A stretch of DNA of 64,000 nucleotides, taken from the NCBI GenBank assembly GCA_965218295.1, contig CBDCKN010000013.1, positions 480,001-544,000 on the forward strand, written 5' to 3'. Shown here piece after piece: positions 1-10,436 of the stretch (position 1 is the stretch's first letter; each line of letters begins with the position of its first letter). The stretch is from Longimicrobiales bacterium (lineage in GTDB: Bacteria; Gemmatimonadota; Gemmatimonadetes; Longimicrobiales; Gaopeijiaceae). Below the pieces are notes generated by a model, which worked only from the letters and a program-made list of their open reading frames with translations, had not been told where the DNA came from and searched no databases. A program made the translations under genes and the position numbers.

Positions 1-875
1 CACGCTGTGTTCGGAGCGGTTCGTGGACCGGTCCCCAGCCGAGGTGGTGGCGACGCTGCTCGACGAGGACGTCTACCTGTGCAGCGAGCGTACGATGTAT
101 CGCGTTCTGGCTTCCCAGGTGCCGGTTCAGGAGCGTCGAGCGCAGCGGAGTCATCCCAAATACCAGAAACCCGAGTTGATGGCGAGGGGCCCGAACCAGG
201 TCTGGTCCTGGGATATCACCCGGCTGCTGGGGCCGAAGAAGTGGAGTTACTTCTACCTCTACGTGATCCTGGACATCTTCAGCCGCTACGTCGTGGGATG
301 GATGGTGGCGGATCGGGAGAACTCTGCCCTGGCCAGCCGGCTGATCCAGCAGAGTTGCTTGAAGCATGGCGTCCAGCCCCACCTCCTGACCCTGCATTCC
401 GATCGAGGGGCTCCGATGACGAGCCAATGCACGGCTCAACTACTCGCCGATCTCGGCGTGACCCGCTCGTTGGGCCGACCCCAGGTCTCGGATGACAATC
501 CGTTCTCCGAGGCTCAGTTCAAGACCTTGAAGTACCATCCCTCGTTTCCCGGCCGGTTCGGGGATCAGGGGCAAGCCAAGACCTTCTGTCGCTCGTTCTT
601 CCGTTGGTATAATGCCGAGCACCGCCATGGCGGCATCTCGATGCTGACCCCCGAACAGGTCCACTTCGGTCACGCCGATCGGATCATCGCCTGCAGGAAG
701 GCCGTGCTCCGTGAGGCATGGGCCGCTCATCCCGAGCGCTTCGTCTCCGGTGAGCCGAAGCCTAAACCACTCCCGGAGGCCGTCTGGATCAATCCTCCCA
801 CCCCATCCCTCACTACACAGGAGATTGCTCTCTAATTGATTTCCAAGAGTGTCTCACTGGCGTTGACAGGTTCCG
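1..875 (+). mobile_element. IS3-family element, copy 1 (left part outside the window); OrfB DDE transposase ends at 835
   Basis: OrfB motifs WSWDIT, HSDRG, DNPFSEAQFKTLK. Right end GTGTCTCACTGGCGTTGACA followed by GGTTCCG (869-875). Confidence 0.92.
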
Positions 876-896
876 GCAGCTCCTGCGGACTCGGAG

Positions 897-1253
897 GTGG
901 TAGATAGGCCGCTGCGCCGGCGGTTCGCTCCGTCGTACAAGCTGCGGATCGTCGAAGAAGCGGACCGGTGCACGGAGCCCGGAGAGGTTGGCCGACTCCT
1001 ACGGCGGGAGGGCTTGTACTCGTCGCACCTGACGACATGGCGCAAGGCGGCGCATAGCGGGTCCCTGAAAGCGCTGTCGAAGAAACGAGGCCGTAAGCGC
1101 GAGCGCAATCCGCTGGAGGAGAAGGTGCGCAAGCTGGAGCGCGAGAACACTCGCCTCGAGAAGGAGCTCCAGAAGGCGCACTTGATCATCGACGTCCAGG
1201 GAAAAGTTGCAGGGCTGCTGGGATTGAGCCTCGAGGACGGGACGAACTCATGA
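897..1253 (+). pseudogene. IS3 OrfA (HTH), 5'-truncated
   Basis: Same as the C-terminal 118 aa of 52416-52865 (LLRREGLYSSHL). Confidence 0.85.
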
Positions 1254-2257
1254 AGGCGACCCAGGAGCTAGCCAAGCACGTAGGGGTGAAGCCCGCGTGC
1301 GATGCGCTCAGGGTGCCGCGAGCCACGTTCTACCGTCGTCGGAGTGCATCGACCGGGCATCAGCAGCCCCGCCCGACCCCCGCCCGGGCCTTAAGTGAGA
1401 GGGAGCGGGACAAGATTTTCGACACCCTGTGTTCGGAGCGGTTCGTGGACCGGTCCCCAGCCGAGGTGGTGGCGACGCTGCTCGACGAGGACGTCTACCT
1501 GTGCAGCGAGCGTACGATGTATCGCGTTCTGGCTTCCCAGGTGCCGGTTCAGGAGCGTCGAGCGCAGCGGAGTCATCCCAAATACCAGAAGCCCGAGTTG
1601 ATGGCGAGGGGCCCGAACCAGGTCTGGTCCTGGGATATCACCCGGCTGCTGGGGCCGAAGAAGTGGAGTTACTTCTACCTCTACGTGATCCTGGACATCT
1701 TCAGCCGCTACGTCGTGGGATGGATGGTGGCGGATCGGGAGAACTCTGCCCTGGCCAGCCGGCTGATCCAGCAGAGTTGCTTGAAGCATGGCGTCCAGCC
1801 CCACCTCCTGACCCTGCATTCCGATCGAGGGGCTCCGATGACGAGCCAATGCACGGCTCAACTACTCGCCGATCTCGGCGTGACCCGCTCGTTGGGCCGA
1901 CCCCAGGTCTCGGATGACAATCCGTTCTCCGAGGCTCAGTTCAAGACCTTGAAGTACCATCCCTCGTTTCCCGGCCGGTTCGGGGATCAGGGGCAAGCCA
2001 AGACCTTCTGTCGCTCGTTCTTCCGTTGGTATAATGCCGAGCACCGCCATGGCGGCATCTCGATGCTGACCCCCGAACAGGTCCACTTCGGTCACGCCGA
2101 TCGGATCATCGCCTGCAGGAAGGCCGTGCTCCGTGAGGCATGGGCCGCTCATCCCGAGCGCTTCGTCTCCGGTGAGCCGAAGCCTAAACCACTCCCGGAG
2201 GCCGTCTGGATCAATCCTCCCACCCCATCCCTCACTACACAGGAGATTGCTCTCTAA
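1250..2257 (+). CDS. IS3-family transposase OrfB
   Basis: 335 aa, rve-type DDE motifs, ATGA overlap with orfA. Confidence 0.92.
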   Translation: MKATQELAKHVGVKPACDALRVPRATFYRRRSASTGHQQPRPTPARALSERERDKIFDTLCSERFVDRSPAEVVATLLDEDVYLCSERTMYRVLASQVPVQERRAQRSHPKYQKPELMARGPNQVWSWDITRLLGPKKWSYFYLYVILDIFSRYVVGWMVADRENSALASRLIQQSCLKHGVQPHLLTLHSDRGAPMTSQCTAQLLADLGVTRSLGRPQVSDDNPFSEAQFKTLKYHPSFPGRFGDQGQAKTFCRSFFRWYNAEHRHGGISMLTPEQVHFGHADRIIACRKAVLREAWAAHPERFVSGEPKPKPLPEAVWINPPTPSLTTQEIAL

Positions 2258-2363
2258 TTGATTTCCAAGAGTGTCTCACTGGCGTTGACAGGTTCCGCGC
2301 CGACCTCGGGTAAGGTGGGTGTGAGGAACACAACACCGAACCATGAGAGGAAGGAGGCCACCA

Positions 2364-2620
2364 ATGGAGAGAGTGCCACAGCTTGTACGTCGAGGCAAGA
2401 AGGACCGAAGGATGGGTGCGCCGAGTGAACTGGACTGGGAAGCGATCGAGGCGCTGAGGACCGAGATGCGGGTGGAATTGATCCAGGAATTGATACCGCT
2501 TGGGCTGGCGGAGGTGGGGCGGGTGCTGGACGAAGAGGTCGAGCGGTTGGCGGGTCCGAGGCACGCCCGCAAGGGAGAAGGAGAAGTGATCTACCGGCAT
2601 GGGAGCAACCCGGGCTCGCC
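2364..2620 (+). pseudogene. IS256-family transposase N-terminal fragment (different from the other IS256 in the window)
   Basis: LDEEVERLAGPRH..YRHGSNPGS resembles an IS256 N-terminus; RBS AAGGAGG; similarity stops abruptly. Confidence 0.65.
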
Positions 2621-3049
2621 GAAGCGGCGGAGACCGCAAGGCATGAGGAGCAAGGCCATGGGCGAACCTACCGGATAGAGGACCGTTCCACGTGGCAATG
2701 GTAAGCCCGTGGTGGCCTTGAACGGCTTCGGTCTACGCGTCCCTCGGATGCGATCTGAGACAACGGCAAGGATTCCCGCCAATCGACTCCGGCTTTCCGG
2801 CTATTGTGACACGATGGAGTCAGATATCGTCCGACGGCAAGTGCGGCAGATCGTGCAGTCCTAGTTGAACTCTATCATCATCTTCCAGGGTCATCCATAG
2901 CAGTCCGCTAGTTGTCCGTTAACATCCTGTATGACAATGGTTTATCGGTTGCAATGAGTATCTCCCTGTCCCTTGCGGTTCGCCGACATCCCGTGTATTC
3001 TTCCCCATGTAGTGCTGCAATAAGTGATACACTACTGAGGAAGGAACGC

Positions 3050-4207
3050 ATGACGAAGCGACCGAGAACGCTCTCCGCCGCGTTCGTGCGCACGATCAGT
3101 CGGCCCGGCGTGTACGGGGACGGGCGCGGGGGGCGCGGGCTGAGTCTCCGGGTGCACCGGACGGTCACGGGCCGGATCACCAAGACATGGCGTCAGCGCG
3201 TCAGGATCGACGGTCGGCTGACCTCGATCGGGCTCGGGCCGTATCCCGAGATCACGCTCGCCGAGGCCCGGCGGAAGGCGCTGGACAACAGCCGGGCGGT
3301 GCGCCACGGCAGCGACCCGCGCGGGTGCGGCGTCCCTACGTTCGCCGAGGCCGCCGAACGCACCATCGAGCTTCATCGCGACGGCTGGAAGACAGGGAGC
3401 CCGCTTCCGGAGCAGTGGGAGTCGACATTCCGTCTCCACGCCGCTCCGCTCCTGGACATGCCGGTGGACCGCATCGCGAGCGCGGACGTGCTGGGGTGCC
3501 TCGCGCCGATCTGGACATCGAAGCCGGCCGCCGCCCGGAAGGCCCGGAACCGGATCGCGGCGGTCTTCCGCTGGTGCATCGGTCGGAACCACCGCCCGGA
3601 CAACCCGGTGGACCGGGCGATCGTGGCGCTGCCGAGGGCGAACGGCAACGCGCCGAACCATTATCGCGCGCTTCCGCACCAGGAGGTTGCCGCGGCGCTC
3701 GAAGCCATTCGCCGGGTCAGGTACATACACCCGTCGGCGGTGTTGTGCGTCGAGATGATCGCGTTGACGGCGGTCCGGGCCGGAGAGGCGCGCGGGGCGC
3801 GTTGGGACGAGATCGGCATGGAGGCTGCGAGGTGGACGATCCCGGCGTCGAGGATGAAGGCCGGGCGCGAGTTCTCCGTCCCGCTGAGCACGGGCGCGCT
3901 CGGCGTGCTCGACCGCGCGCGGGCGCTGTCTCGCGGGTCGCCGATGGTGTTTCCCTCGAGAACCGGCGGGCTGCTGCCGCTGAACGCGCCGGGGCGCGTA
4001 CTTCGGCGGGCCAGAGTCGCTTCGACGGTTCACGGCTTCCGTTCGAGCGCGCGGTCGTGGATGGCCGAATCCGGCGTCCCGGCTGAGGTCGCGGAGGCCT
4101 GCCTTGCTCACGTGCCGCGCAGCCAGGTCGTTCAGGCGTACCAGCGGTCGGACCTGCTGAAGCGCCGCGCCGGAGTCATGCAGGCGTGGAGCGACTACGT
4201 CAAGTAG
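3050..4207 (+). CDS. P4-like tyrosine integrase with N-terminal arm-binding domain
   Basis: GLSLRV..IGLGPYPEITLAEAR, TAVRAGE, RMK, HGFRSS, LAH, AY catalytic motifs; RBS before ATG 3050. Confidence 0.93.
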   Translation: MTKRPRTLSAAFVRTISRPGVYGDGRGGRGLSLRVHRTVTGRITKTWRQRVRIDGRLTSIGLGPYPEITLAEARRKALDNSRAVRHGSDPRGCGVPTFAEAAERTIELHRDGWKTGSPLPEQWESTFRLHAAPLLDMPVDRIASADVLGCLAPIWTSKPAAARKARNRIAAVFRWCIGRNHRPDNPVDRAIVALPRANGNAPNHYRALPHQEVAAALEAIRRVRYIHPSAVLCVEMIALTAVRAGEARGARWDEIGMEAARWTIPASRMKAGREFSVPLSTGALGVLDRARALSRGSPMVFPSRTGGLLPLNAPGRVLRRARVASTVHGFRSSARSWMAESGVPAEVAEACLAHVPRSQVVQAYQRSDLLKRRAGVMQAWSDYVK

Positions 4208-5219
4208 CGATAGGCCGGAGTCCTTCGGTCAGGTTTGGGCGTCCGTAACAGGTGCGCTTAGGCCTACAGCCTCTTGAGGTGTGGGTTGGTGCCGATTCGA
4301 GCTTCGCCATCGCCTCTGCCAGCTCCTCGTACACGGCTTCCCAGGCGTCTTCATCCCGGTACCCGCCGGTGGCGTACGTCTTCTGAATCCGGCATGCCCG
4401 TCGTCCTTCCTTGGTGTCCCACTCCAGCGGGAGGCCGAAGGCGCCTTCGATCTTGTCGCTCTTGTGGGAAAGTGCCTCGAAAATGCGCTGGTTCTCGTCA
4501 CCGTCCCGAGTGTCGATGTACAACTCGACACGAGCGTTACGCTGGCCGACTACGTAGTTGAAGGTGACACCGGCGATCCCTGACCCTGCCCCGAGCCACG
4601 TATACTTGCTGGGGCTGATGTTCGCGTGCAGTTGAGTTCTTGACTTGGCGTGCTCCAGCAACCCTGCGAAGAAACGGTAACGCAGTCGTTCCCGTTCAGC
4701 CATTTCTTCCTTCTTCCGGCCTACTTCACGGGTTTCCTCGCTCGGTCCTACGATCTGAGTAAGGAGCGGCGCGGGTTCAGAATCACCGATCCGAATCGCT
4801 TCGAGCTTGAGCAGGTAGAAATCTGCGGAAGAACTTTCGTTCAACCACGCAATCACCGCCACATGCTCAGGACGAGGATCCGCAGCGATCCAAACTGCCT
4901 TCCGTGCCTGAATGCCTACGAGGTACGTGAGGAGCTTCCCAAGATGGTTATGATCGCTCTTCTCCAACTGGTTCTCGATAACAACGGGGCGCCCGTCTTC
5001 GTCTTCGGCAATGAGGTCGACGCTGAACGCGCCAGCAGGCTGCTCGCGTTCGGCACCGCTGAGCTGAAGGCCCGTAGCCTCGGCGATGACCTCCGCGTTG
5101 TCCTCCAGCCAGGTGGTGAAGTCGAGCGCTTCGTGGCTCCACACCTCGCGGAGTCCCACGCGCTGAATGCGCCCAATCCCTTGGTCCCGCTCCTTGCCCC
5201 CAAGATTCAGTTCACTCAT
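4200..5219 (-). CDS. DUF4268-type protein with an N-terminal NucS-like PD-(D/E)xK nuclease domain
   Basis: EALDFTTWL, VDLIAED, VVIENQLEKSDHNHLGKLLTY; C-terminal VELYID..LEW. The extreme C-terminus may be frameshifted. Confidence 0.8.
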   Translation of the reverse strand: MSELNLGGKERDQGIGRIQRVGLREVWSHEALDFTTWLEDNAEVIAEATGLQLSGAEREQPAGAFSVDLIAEDEDGRPVVIENQLEKSDHNHLGKLLTYLVGIQARKAVWIAADPRPEHVAVIAWLNESSSADFYLLKLEAIRIGDSEPAPLLTQIVGPSEETREVGRKKEEMAERERLRYRFFAGLLEHAKSRTQLHANISPSKYTWLGAGSGIAGVTFNYVVGQRNARVELYIDTRDGDENQRIFEALSHKSDKIEGAFGLPLEWDTKEGRRACRIQKTYATGGYRDEDAWEAVYEELAEAMAKLESAPTHTSRGCRPKRTCYGRPNLTEGLRPIAT

Positions 5220-5332
5220 GCGTTGACCCTTGGCTGTCGTCATTCGCCGCCACGGTATTCTCCCCGGCCTTTCTCATGGCTTGGCTCGATGGGCTTCGGC
5301 AAGCTCCTCTAATCTATTCCAAACGGGGAATG

Positions 5333-6710
5333 GAGCTAGGATCAAAGGGTGTGTAAAAAGAGAGGCGACGTACCTTTCCGCTGAGTAATAACCAGCGAAC
5401 TCCGGGTGACAGCCCGGGGGAAAGGAACGACGCCTCGTGAGGAAGAATACGGTGGGACCCGAGGGTGAGTCCAGGACGCCCGTGTGGGAAGTTCTGGAAG
5501 AAGTGGTTCGGGAGAAGGCGCAGGAGTTCATTCAACAGATCTTGGAGGAGGAAGTCACGGAGTTGCTAGGGCGAGAGAAGTCAGAGCGCAGGAGGGTGGT
5601 GGACGCGACCGAGGGCTACCGCAACGGATACGGCAAGCCGAGGCGGCTGGCGATGAGCTCGGGCACGATCACACTCCGACGCCCTCGAGTTCGAGGCCTT
5701 GAGGAGCGGTTCGAGAGCCGCGTGCTGCCGTTGTTCGCGAGGCGGACGAAGGAGCTGGGCGCTCTGCTTCCGGAGCTGTATCTGCACGGACTGGCGGAGG
5801 GAGACTTCGAGTTGGCGATGCGGGGCCTGCTGGGCGAGGGGGCACCGCTGTCGAAGTCTTCGATTCGGCGGCTGCGGGCGGGATGGACGGCGGAGTTCGA
5901 GGAATGGAGCCAGCGTCGCCTGGAGGGTCGTGAGGTCGTCTACGTGTGGGCGGACGGGATCTATGTGAAGGCAGGGCTGGAGCGGGACAAAGCGGCGCTG
6001 CTGGTGGTGCTGGGTGCCATGCGAGACGGGACGAAAGAGGTGTTGGCCCTGAGAGCGGGCTACCGAGAGTCGGTCGAGTCCTGGTCCGAGGTGTTGCGGG
6101 ACCTGAAGGCACGCGGCATCGAGGCGCCCCGGCTTCTGATGGCGGACGGTAACGCTGCGATCTGGGGCGCAGTACGGCAGGTATGGCCTGAGGCGGGTGA
6201 GCAACGGTGCTGGAACCACAAGATGAGGAACGTGCTGGACCGACTACCTCAGCGGGAGCAGGGCGAGGCGAAGGATCTTCTCCGGGCCGTGGTCTACGCA
6301 CCGAGCCGGGCCGAGGCCCTGAAGGCCCGCGAGGTGTTCGCCCGACGCTATAGGCCGTGGTATCCGAAAGCAGTGGACGTACTCGAGGACGACTGGGAGC
6401 GGATGGTAGCGTTCTACGACTTCCCCGAGGACCACTGGAAGCATCTACGCACGACGAACGTGGTCGAGAGCCCGTTCGCCGCGGTACGGCTCAGGACGAC
6501 AGCAGCGAAGCGGTTCAAGCGGGTCGAGAGCGCTACGGCGCTAATCTGGAAGTTGCTCTTGGTGGCTGAGAAGCGGTTCCGAAGGCTCGACGCTCCTCAC
6601 CTCCTCAAGGACGTATTTGAAGGAAGAAAGTTCGAAGACGGAAAGCCCGTCTCACACCAACAGCGGAAGAACGCCGCCTAATACGTTTACACACCTATTG
6701 ACCCAACCTC
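5333..6710 (+). mobile_element. IS256-family element, intact, 8-bp TSD GGGGAATG
   Basis: IRs GAGCTAGGATCAAAGGGTGTGTAAA / TTTACACACCTATTGACCCAACCTC; TSD at 5325-5332 and 6711-6718. Confidence 0.95.
5437..6681 (+). CDS. IS256-family transposase
   Basis: YRNGY, WADG, ADG, QRCWNHK, RTTNVVES motifs. Confidence 0.95.
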   Translation: MRKNTVGPEGESRTPVWEVLEEVVREKAQEFIQQILEEEVTELLGREKSERRRVVDATEGYRNGYGKPRRLAMSSGTITLRRPRVRGLEERFESRVLPLFARRTKELGALLPELYLHGLAEGDFELAMRGLLGEGAPLSKSSIRRLRAGWTAEFEEWSQRRLEGREVVYVWADGIYVKAGLERDKAALLVVLGAMRDGTKEVLALRAGYRESVESWSEVLRDLKARGIEAPRLLMADGNAAIWGAVRQVWPEAGEQRCWNHKMRNVLDRLPQREQGEAKDLLRAVVYAPSRAEALKAREVFARRYRPWYPKAVDVLEDDWERMVAFYDFPEDHWKHLRTTNVVESPFAAVRLRTTAAKRFKRVESATALIWKLLLVAEKRFRRLDAPHLLKDVFEGRKFEDGKPVSHQQRKNAA

Positions 6711-7138
6711 GGGGAATGTCGTACTAGCACTAGCCGACGCTCCTCGGCGGCGCGGGCTTGGATGAGGGACTCGTTGTTCCGCGAATGGAGCGCCGGGCGG
6801 TCAGTTCGCGGTGGCCCGCGTGATCGACTCGCCGCCTTGCGAGCACCGTTTCGACGCAGCTGTACGATGACGGACGGTGGCATGGGGAGCGCATCGAGTG
6901 CCCCCGACAGCGACCGCGCCTCGACCAGCCACGATTAGGGCTCTTCGGAGAGGCGAAGGAGGTGCCGCTGGCGGAGGCCGATCCGGCTCCGGGACCACGC
7001 TGGAACCCTTCGGAAGTCGAATCGATTCACGATGTTGACACCGCGTGAAATGGACTTCTCCGTGTACGGTATGGAGACTCCGCCGACCCGAGATCCCCGG
7101 TGCCGGAGGCCGTCCGGCGTGTTCGCCGGGGGGCTGTC

Positions 7139-7190
7139 TGGCACCCTTAAGGTGCCTAAGCCAGCCCACGCAGTGTTGAACACTGCGGCC
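7139..7190 (-). promoter_or_regulatory. ColE1-type oriT (nic CTGG/CTTA)
   Basis: CTGGCTTA on the minus strand at 7157-7164, flanked by inverted repeats GGCACC..GGTGCC and CGCAGTGTT-G-AACACTGCG, upstream of mobC. Confidence 0.65.
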
Positions 7191-7299
7191 TGGCAAGGGG
7201 GTCGCTGCGCCCCCCTCGAACCCCCAGCTTGGCGCGCCGCTGGCGCAGCAGCGGACGGACGCGGGACACCACACTCCGAACCCCGTCGCCGGTGCGCCC

Positions 7300-7638
7300 G
7301 TGCCTGAGCGCCGCACCGTGATGGTCGCCGCCCGCGTCACGCCGGCGGAGCGCGCCGCCTGGCAGGAGAAGGCGGCGGCAGTGGGCGTATCCCCCTCCGC
7401 GTTGCTGCGGGAGGCGATGGCCCGGACGCGGACATGGACCGCGCCCGCGCGGGCGGTCGAGGGTGAGCGCATCCGCCAGATCGCGCGCATCGGCAACAAC
7501 CTGAACCAGCTTGCGCGCTGGGTGAACACCCACAAGACGGCGGCCGAGGCCGTATCGGTGATCGCCCACCTCGTGTCGTTCGAGCGGTCGTTGCGTGAGG
7601 TGGCCCGCACCGGCGAGGGTCGCGGCGATGCACCTTAA
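7300..7638 (+). CDS. mobC: MobC/MbeC relaxosome accessory protein
   Basis: RHH-like N-terminus and the RIGNNLNQLAR motif; overlaps the relaxase start. Confidence 0.9.
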   Translation: MPERRTVMVAARVTPAERAAWQEKAAAVGVSPSALLREAMARTRTWTAPARAVEGERIRQIARIGNNLNQLARWVNTHKTAAEAVSVIAHLVSFERSLREVARTGEGRGDAP

Positions 7639-9169
7639 ATTCCTCCCCCACGGCAAGGGCTCCGCCCAGGCGGCGGTCGACTATCTCGTCGGAGAGCAGG
7701 ACGCCGAGGGACAACGGCGCAAGGGCGTCGAAGTCGTCCGCGGGAATCCTGACATGGTGGCCGCCGTAGCCAACTCGCTCGACTTCGAGCGCAGGTACAC
7801 GTCGGCCGTGATCGCGTGGGCACCGGAGGACCGGCCGACCGGCGAGCAGATCGAAGCCGTCCTCGACGAGTTCGAGAAGACGGCGTGGGCGGGACTGGAG
7901 CCGGACCGCTACGCGTGGACGGTGGTCCTGCACCGCGAGCGCGGGGGCGGCGTCCACGCGCATGTGCTCGCCACGCAATGCGACCTCCAGACGGGCCGCA
8001 GCCTGAACATAGCGCCCCCCGGCTGGCAGCGGACCTTCGATCCGCTGCGCGATGCCTTCAACCACGAGCACGGCTGGAGCCGCCCAGACGATCCGGAGCG
8101 CGCGAGGGCGCAACAGCCGGGCCACCGCGCCTACATCGAGGCCTCGAAGCTGCGGGCCGGGCTTGAACACGAGGGGGACCCGCGCGACCTGATCCGCGAC
8201 TACCTGGTGCAGCGCGTCGAGCACGGCGCGGTCAAGGGCCGCGCCGACATGGTCTCCGCCCTGGAGGATGTCGGTCTCGATGTGCCGCGCCAGGGCAAGA
8301 ACTACATCACCGCCCGCGATCCGGACAGCGGCAAGCGGTGGCGGCTGAGAGGAGAGCTGTATGAGCAAGACTTCGAGCCCGGCCGACTTGACCTCCCGGC
8401 TGCGGACCCGCTTGGAGACCGACCGGGAGCAGATCGAGGAGACAGCCAAGCACGAGCTAGAGCGGCTTGGCGAGAGCTTGAGCGCCGCCGCGAGCGGCGC
8501 GCTGCGTTCCATCGAGGCCGATACGGCGGAAGCGACCGCCCGGATGAGCGTCCTGCTGAGGCGCGCGTGGCTCCGGCCCCTGGTGGTCGGCCTGAGCCTT
8601 TTTCTCGGGTTCAGCGGCGGGAGTTGGGCGACGATGTATTGGTTGTCGGCGAGTATCCAGCGCCGGACCGAGACGCTGGGAACGGCGAACCTGCGGATCG
8701 AGGACGCGCGCGAGATGCTGGCCGAGATCGAGGAGACGACTTGGGGCGTGACGCTGCGGGAGGTCGACGGGGAGCGATACGTGACGCTGCCGGCCGGAAC
8801 TTTGGTCCGCCCGGCCTTCAGCGTGGACGGGCGGCCTTACGTGAAGCTGTCGAGAGAGTGAGAGAACTGTATGACCGACTTGGAACGGCGGCTGGTGGTG
8901 GCCTTGGAGACGTTGTCCGCGCAGTACGAGATGGAACGGCGGCAGCACGCCGAGCAGGTCGAAGCCTTGCAGCAGCAGGTCGAAGCCTTACGGCTGCGGG
9001 TCGAGCGGCGGGCCGCGGAGAACGAAGCCTTGCAGAGGCGAATCGAGCGGCTCGACGGGCAAGTGACAAGCTGGATCGAATACTTCGGGACGCTCGCCGC
9101 GAGGTCGCGCGGCCGCTGGATCTGACGCGCCGGCGTGGGCCAGAGCGCGATCATGGTCCCAGCCGCTGA
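7628..9169 (+). CDS. MbeA/MobA-like relaxase (ColE1-superfamily layout)
   Basis: MHLKF..G.GS..AVDYL, YTSAVI, VLH..VHAHVL, PDDPER, KRWRLRGELYE. Confidence 0.9.
   Translation: MHLKFLPHGKGSAQAAVDYLVGEQDAEGQRRKGVEVVRGNPDMVAAVANSLDFERRYTSAVIAWAPEDRPTGEQIEAVLDEFEKTAWAGLEPDRYAWTVVLHRERGGGVHAHVLATQCDLQTGRSLNIAPPGWQRTFDPLRDAFNHEHGWSRPDDPERARAQQPGHRAYIEASKLRAGLEHEGDPRDLIRDYLVQRVEHGAVKGRADMVSALEDVGLDVPRQGKNYITARDPDSGKRWRLRGELYEQDFEPGRLDLPAADPLGDRPGADRGDSQARARAAWRELERRRERRAAFHRGRYGGSDRPDERPAEARVAPAPGGRPEPFSRVQRRELGDDVLVVGEYPAPDRDAGNGEPADRGRARDAGRDRGDDLGRDAAGGRRGAIRDAAGRNFGPPGLQRGRAALREAVERVRELYDRLGTAAGGGLGDVVRAVRDGTAAARRAGRSLAAAGRSLTAAGRAAGRGERSLAEANRAARRASDKLDRILRDARREVARPLDLTRRRGPERDHGPSR
8361..8861 (+). 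CDS. MbeB/MobB-like protein nested in the relaxase (alternative frame)
   Basis: RBS GAGGAG, coiled coil plus a TM segment, TWGVTL..ERYVTLP; same position as ColE1 mbeB. Confidence 0.75.
   Translation: MSKTSSPADLTSRLRTRLETDREQIEETAKHELERLGESLSAAASGALRSIEADTAEATARMSVLLRRAWLRPLVVGLSLFLGFSGGSWATMYWLSASIQRRTETLGTANLRIEDAREMLAEIEETTWGVTLREVDGERYVTLPAGTLVRPAFSVDGRPYVKLSRE
8871..9125 (+). CDS. MbeD/MobD-like coiled-coil protein nested in the relaxase
   Basis: MTDLERRLVVALETLSAQY resembles the MbeD N-terminus. Confidence 0.8.
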   Translation: MTDLERRLVVALETLSAQYEMERRQHAEQVEALQQQVEALRLRVERRAAENEALQRRIERLDGQVTSWIEYFGTLAARSRGRWI

Positions 9170-9300
9170 TCGGGTCCGTCATCGGAAGCGACGGGCGGAT
9201 TCCCGGTCAGGGTGCGTCGATGGAACAAGAGCAGTGGGGCAGAGCGGTGAATCTACTTGAGCGGGGCATGGTTCACGATGGCGGCGCTCCTCGGAAGCAC

Positions 9301-9367
9301 TTGACAGGGGGTGCGTCTCCGGCAGATGTTGTTCCGTCGTTCGCGATAGATGAGAATGAGTCTCATT
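9301..9367 (+). promoter_or_regulatory. Sigma70-like promoter with a Fur-box-like operator
   Basis: TTGACA at 9301; palindrome ATGAGAATGAGTCTCAT at 9350-9366, upstream of the iron-uptake operon. Confidence 0.7.
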
Positions 9368-9384
9368 TACAACCAAGCCATGCA

Positions 9385-10422
9385 ATGCTGACCAACATGC
9401 GATTCCTGCGACTCGATTTCCGCACCTGGACCGCCGCTGCCGCCATCGCGTGGGCATCCTGGGGGTGCGCGTCTTCAGGCATGACTTCCCACTCGCCAAC
9501 CGCTTCGCCCCCGCCCGAGCCCGGTGCACAGCTGAACTCCGGGACGAACCCGGCCGGCCTGCTTCTGATGGCCCATGGCGGCGGTCCGGAGTGGAACGAC
9601 CGTGTAAGCGCCGCCGTCGACGACCTGCGCGACCACATGCCCGTGAGCGTCGCCTTCGGTATGGCGAATCCGCACACACTCCAGGCATCTCTGGACTCGC
9701 TTCACGCTCGCGGAGTGAGCACCGTAGCCGTGGTCCGGCTGTTCGTCTCGGGATTTTCCTTCCTGCACCCCACCGAGTACCTCTTCGGACTCCGCGCTGA
9801 CGCCCCCGCCAGGGCCATGGTGGGCCATCGATGGGTGGACGGCGACCAACTCGCGCCACTGCGCACCGACGCCAGGATTCTGCTTGACCTAGAGGGGATG
9901 GCAGGTTCCGACGAAGCTGCCCAGATCATGGTGTATCGCGCGGACGCGCACGCCCCCAACCCGTCCGGGACCGGAGCCCTCCTCATCGCGCACGGCATGG
10001 GGGCCGAGGACGAGAATCGTGCGCTGCTCGCGGCGATGGAGGACGCGGCCGCGGCGCTGCGCTCGAACGGATACGCCGAGGTGGAGCTCGCCACGCTGCG
10101 CGAGGACTGGGCAGCGGAACGCGTCAAGGCCGAGGAACACATCCGCGCGACCGTGGCTCGGATGGGGACCGAACACGACCGGGTCGTCGTCATCCCCTAC
10201 CGCGTCTTCGGGTTCGGCCCCTATGCGACCGTCCTCGACGGACTCGACTATACCGGTACGGAGGGGCTGCTGCCGCACGAACTCGTCACCCAATGGATCA
10301 CCGGCCGAGCGACCTCAGTCTTCTGCGCCGCCGGCCTGCCGTCTCCGCTCGGGCTGTGCGACCCGACCATGACCCAGACCTCCAACCCCGCCGAGATCAG
10401 CGGGCGGGCAAATCCATCCTGA
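9385..10422 (+). CDS. CbiX/SirB-like two-domain chelatase, probable lipoprotein
   Basis: LLLMAHGG..W, VAFGMA, VVRLFVS and a second LLIAHG; signal-like N-terminus ending SWGC. Start codon uncertain. Confidence 0.8.
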   Translation: MLTNMRFLRLDFRTWTAAAAIAWASWGCASSGMTSHSPTASPPPEPGAQLNSGTNPAGLLLMAHGGGPEWNDRVSAAVDDLRDHMPVSVAFGMANPHTLQASLDSLHARGVSTVAVVRLFVSGFSFLHPTEYLFGLRADAPARAMVGHRWVDGDQLAPLRTDARILLDLEGMAGSDEAAQIMVYRADAHAPNPSGTGALLIAHGMGAEDENRALLAAMEDAAAALRSNGYAEVELATLREDWAAERVKAEEHIRATVARMGTEHDRVVVIPYRVFGFGPYATVLDGLDYTGTEGLLPHELVTQWITGRATSVFCAAGLPSPLGLCDPTMTQTSNPAEISGRANPS

Positions 10423-10436
10423 AAGGGAACGCCCCA

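Larger units (their letters stand above)
876..2297 (+). mobile_element. IS3-family element, copy 2; its 5' part is cut off by copy 1 within orfA
   Basis: Matches the intact copy at 51372-52938 from GCAGCTCCTGCGG onward, with the same right end. Confidence 0.92.

Noticed and set aside
8361..9125. Genes nested in the relaxase as a novelty
   Set aside because: This is the known ColE1 mbeA/mbeB/mbeD arrangement; listed as features only.
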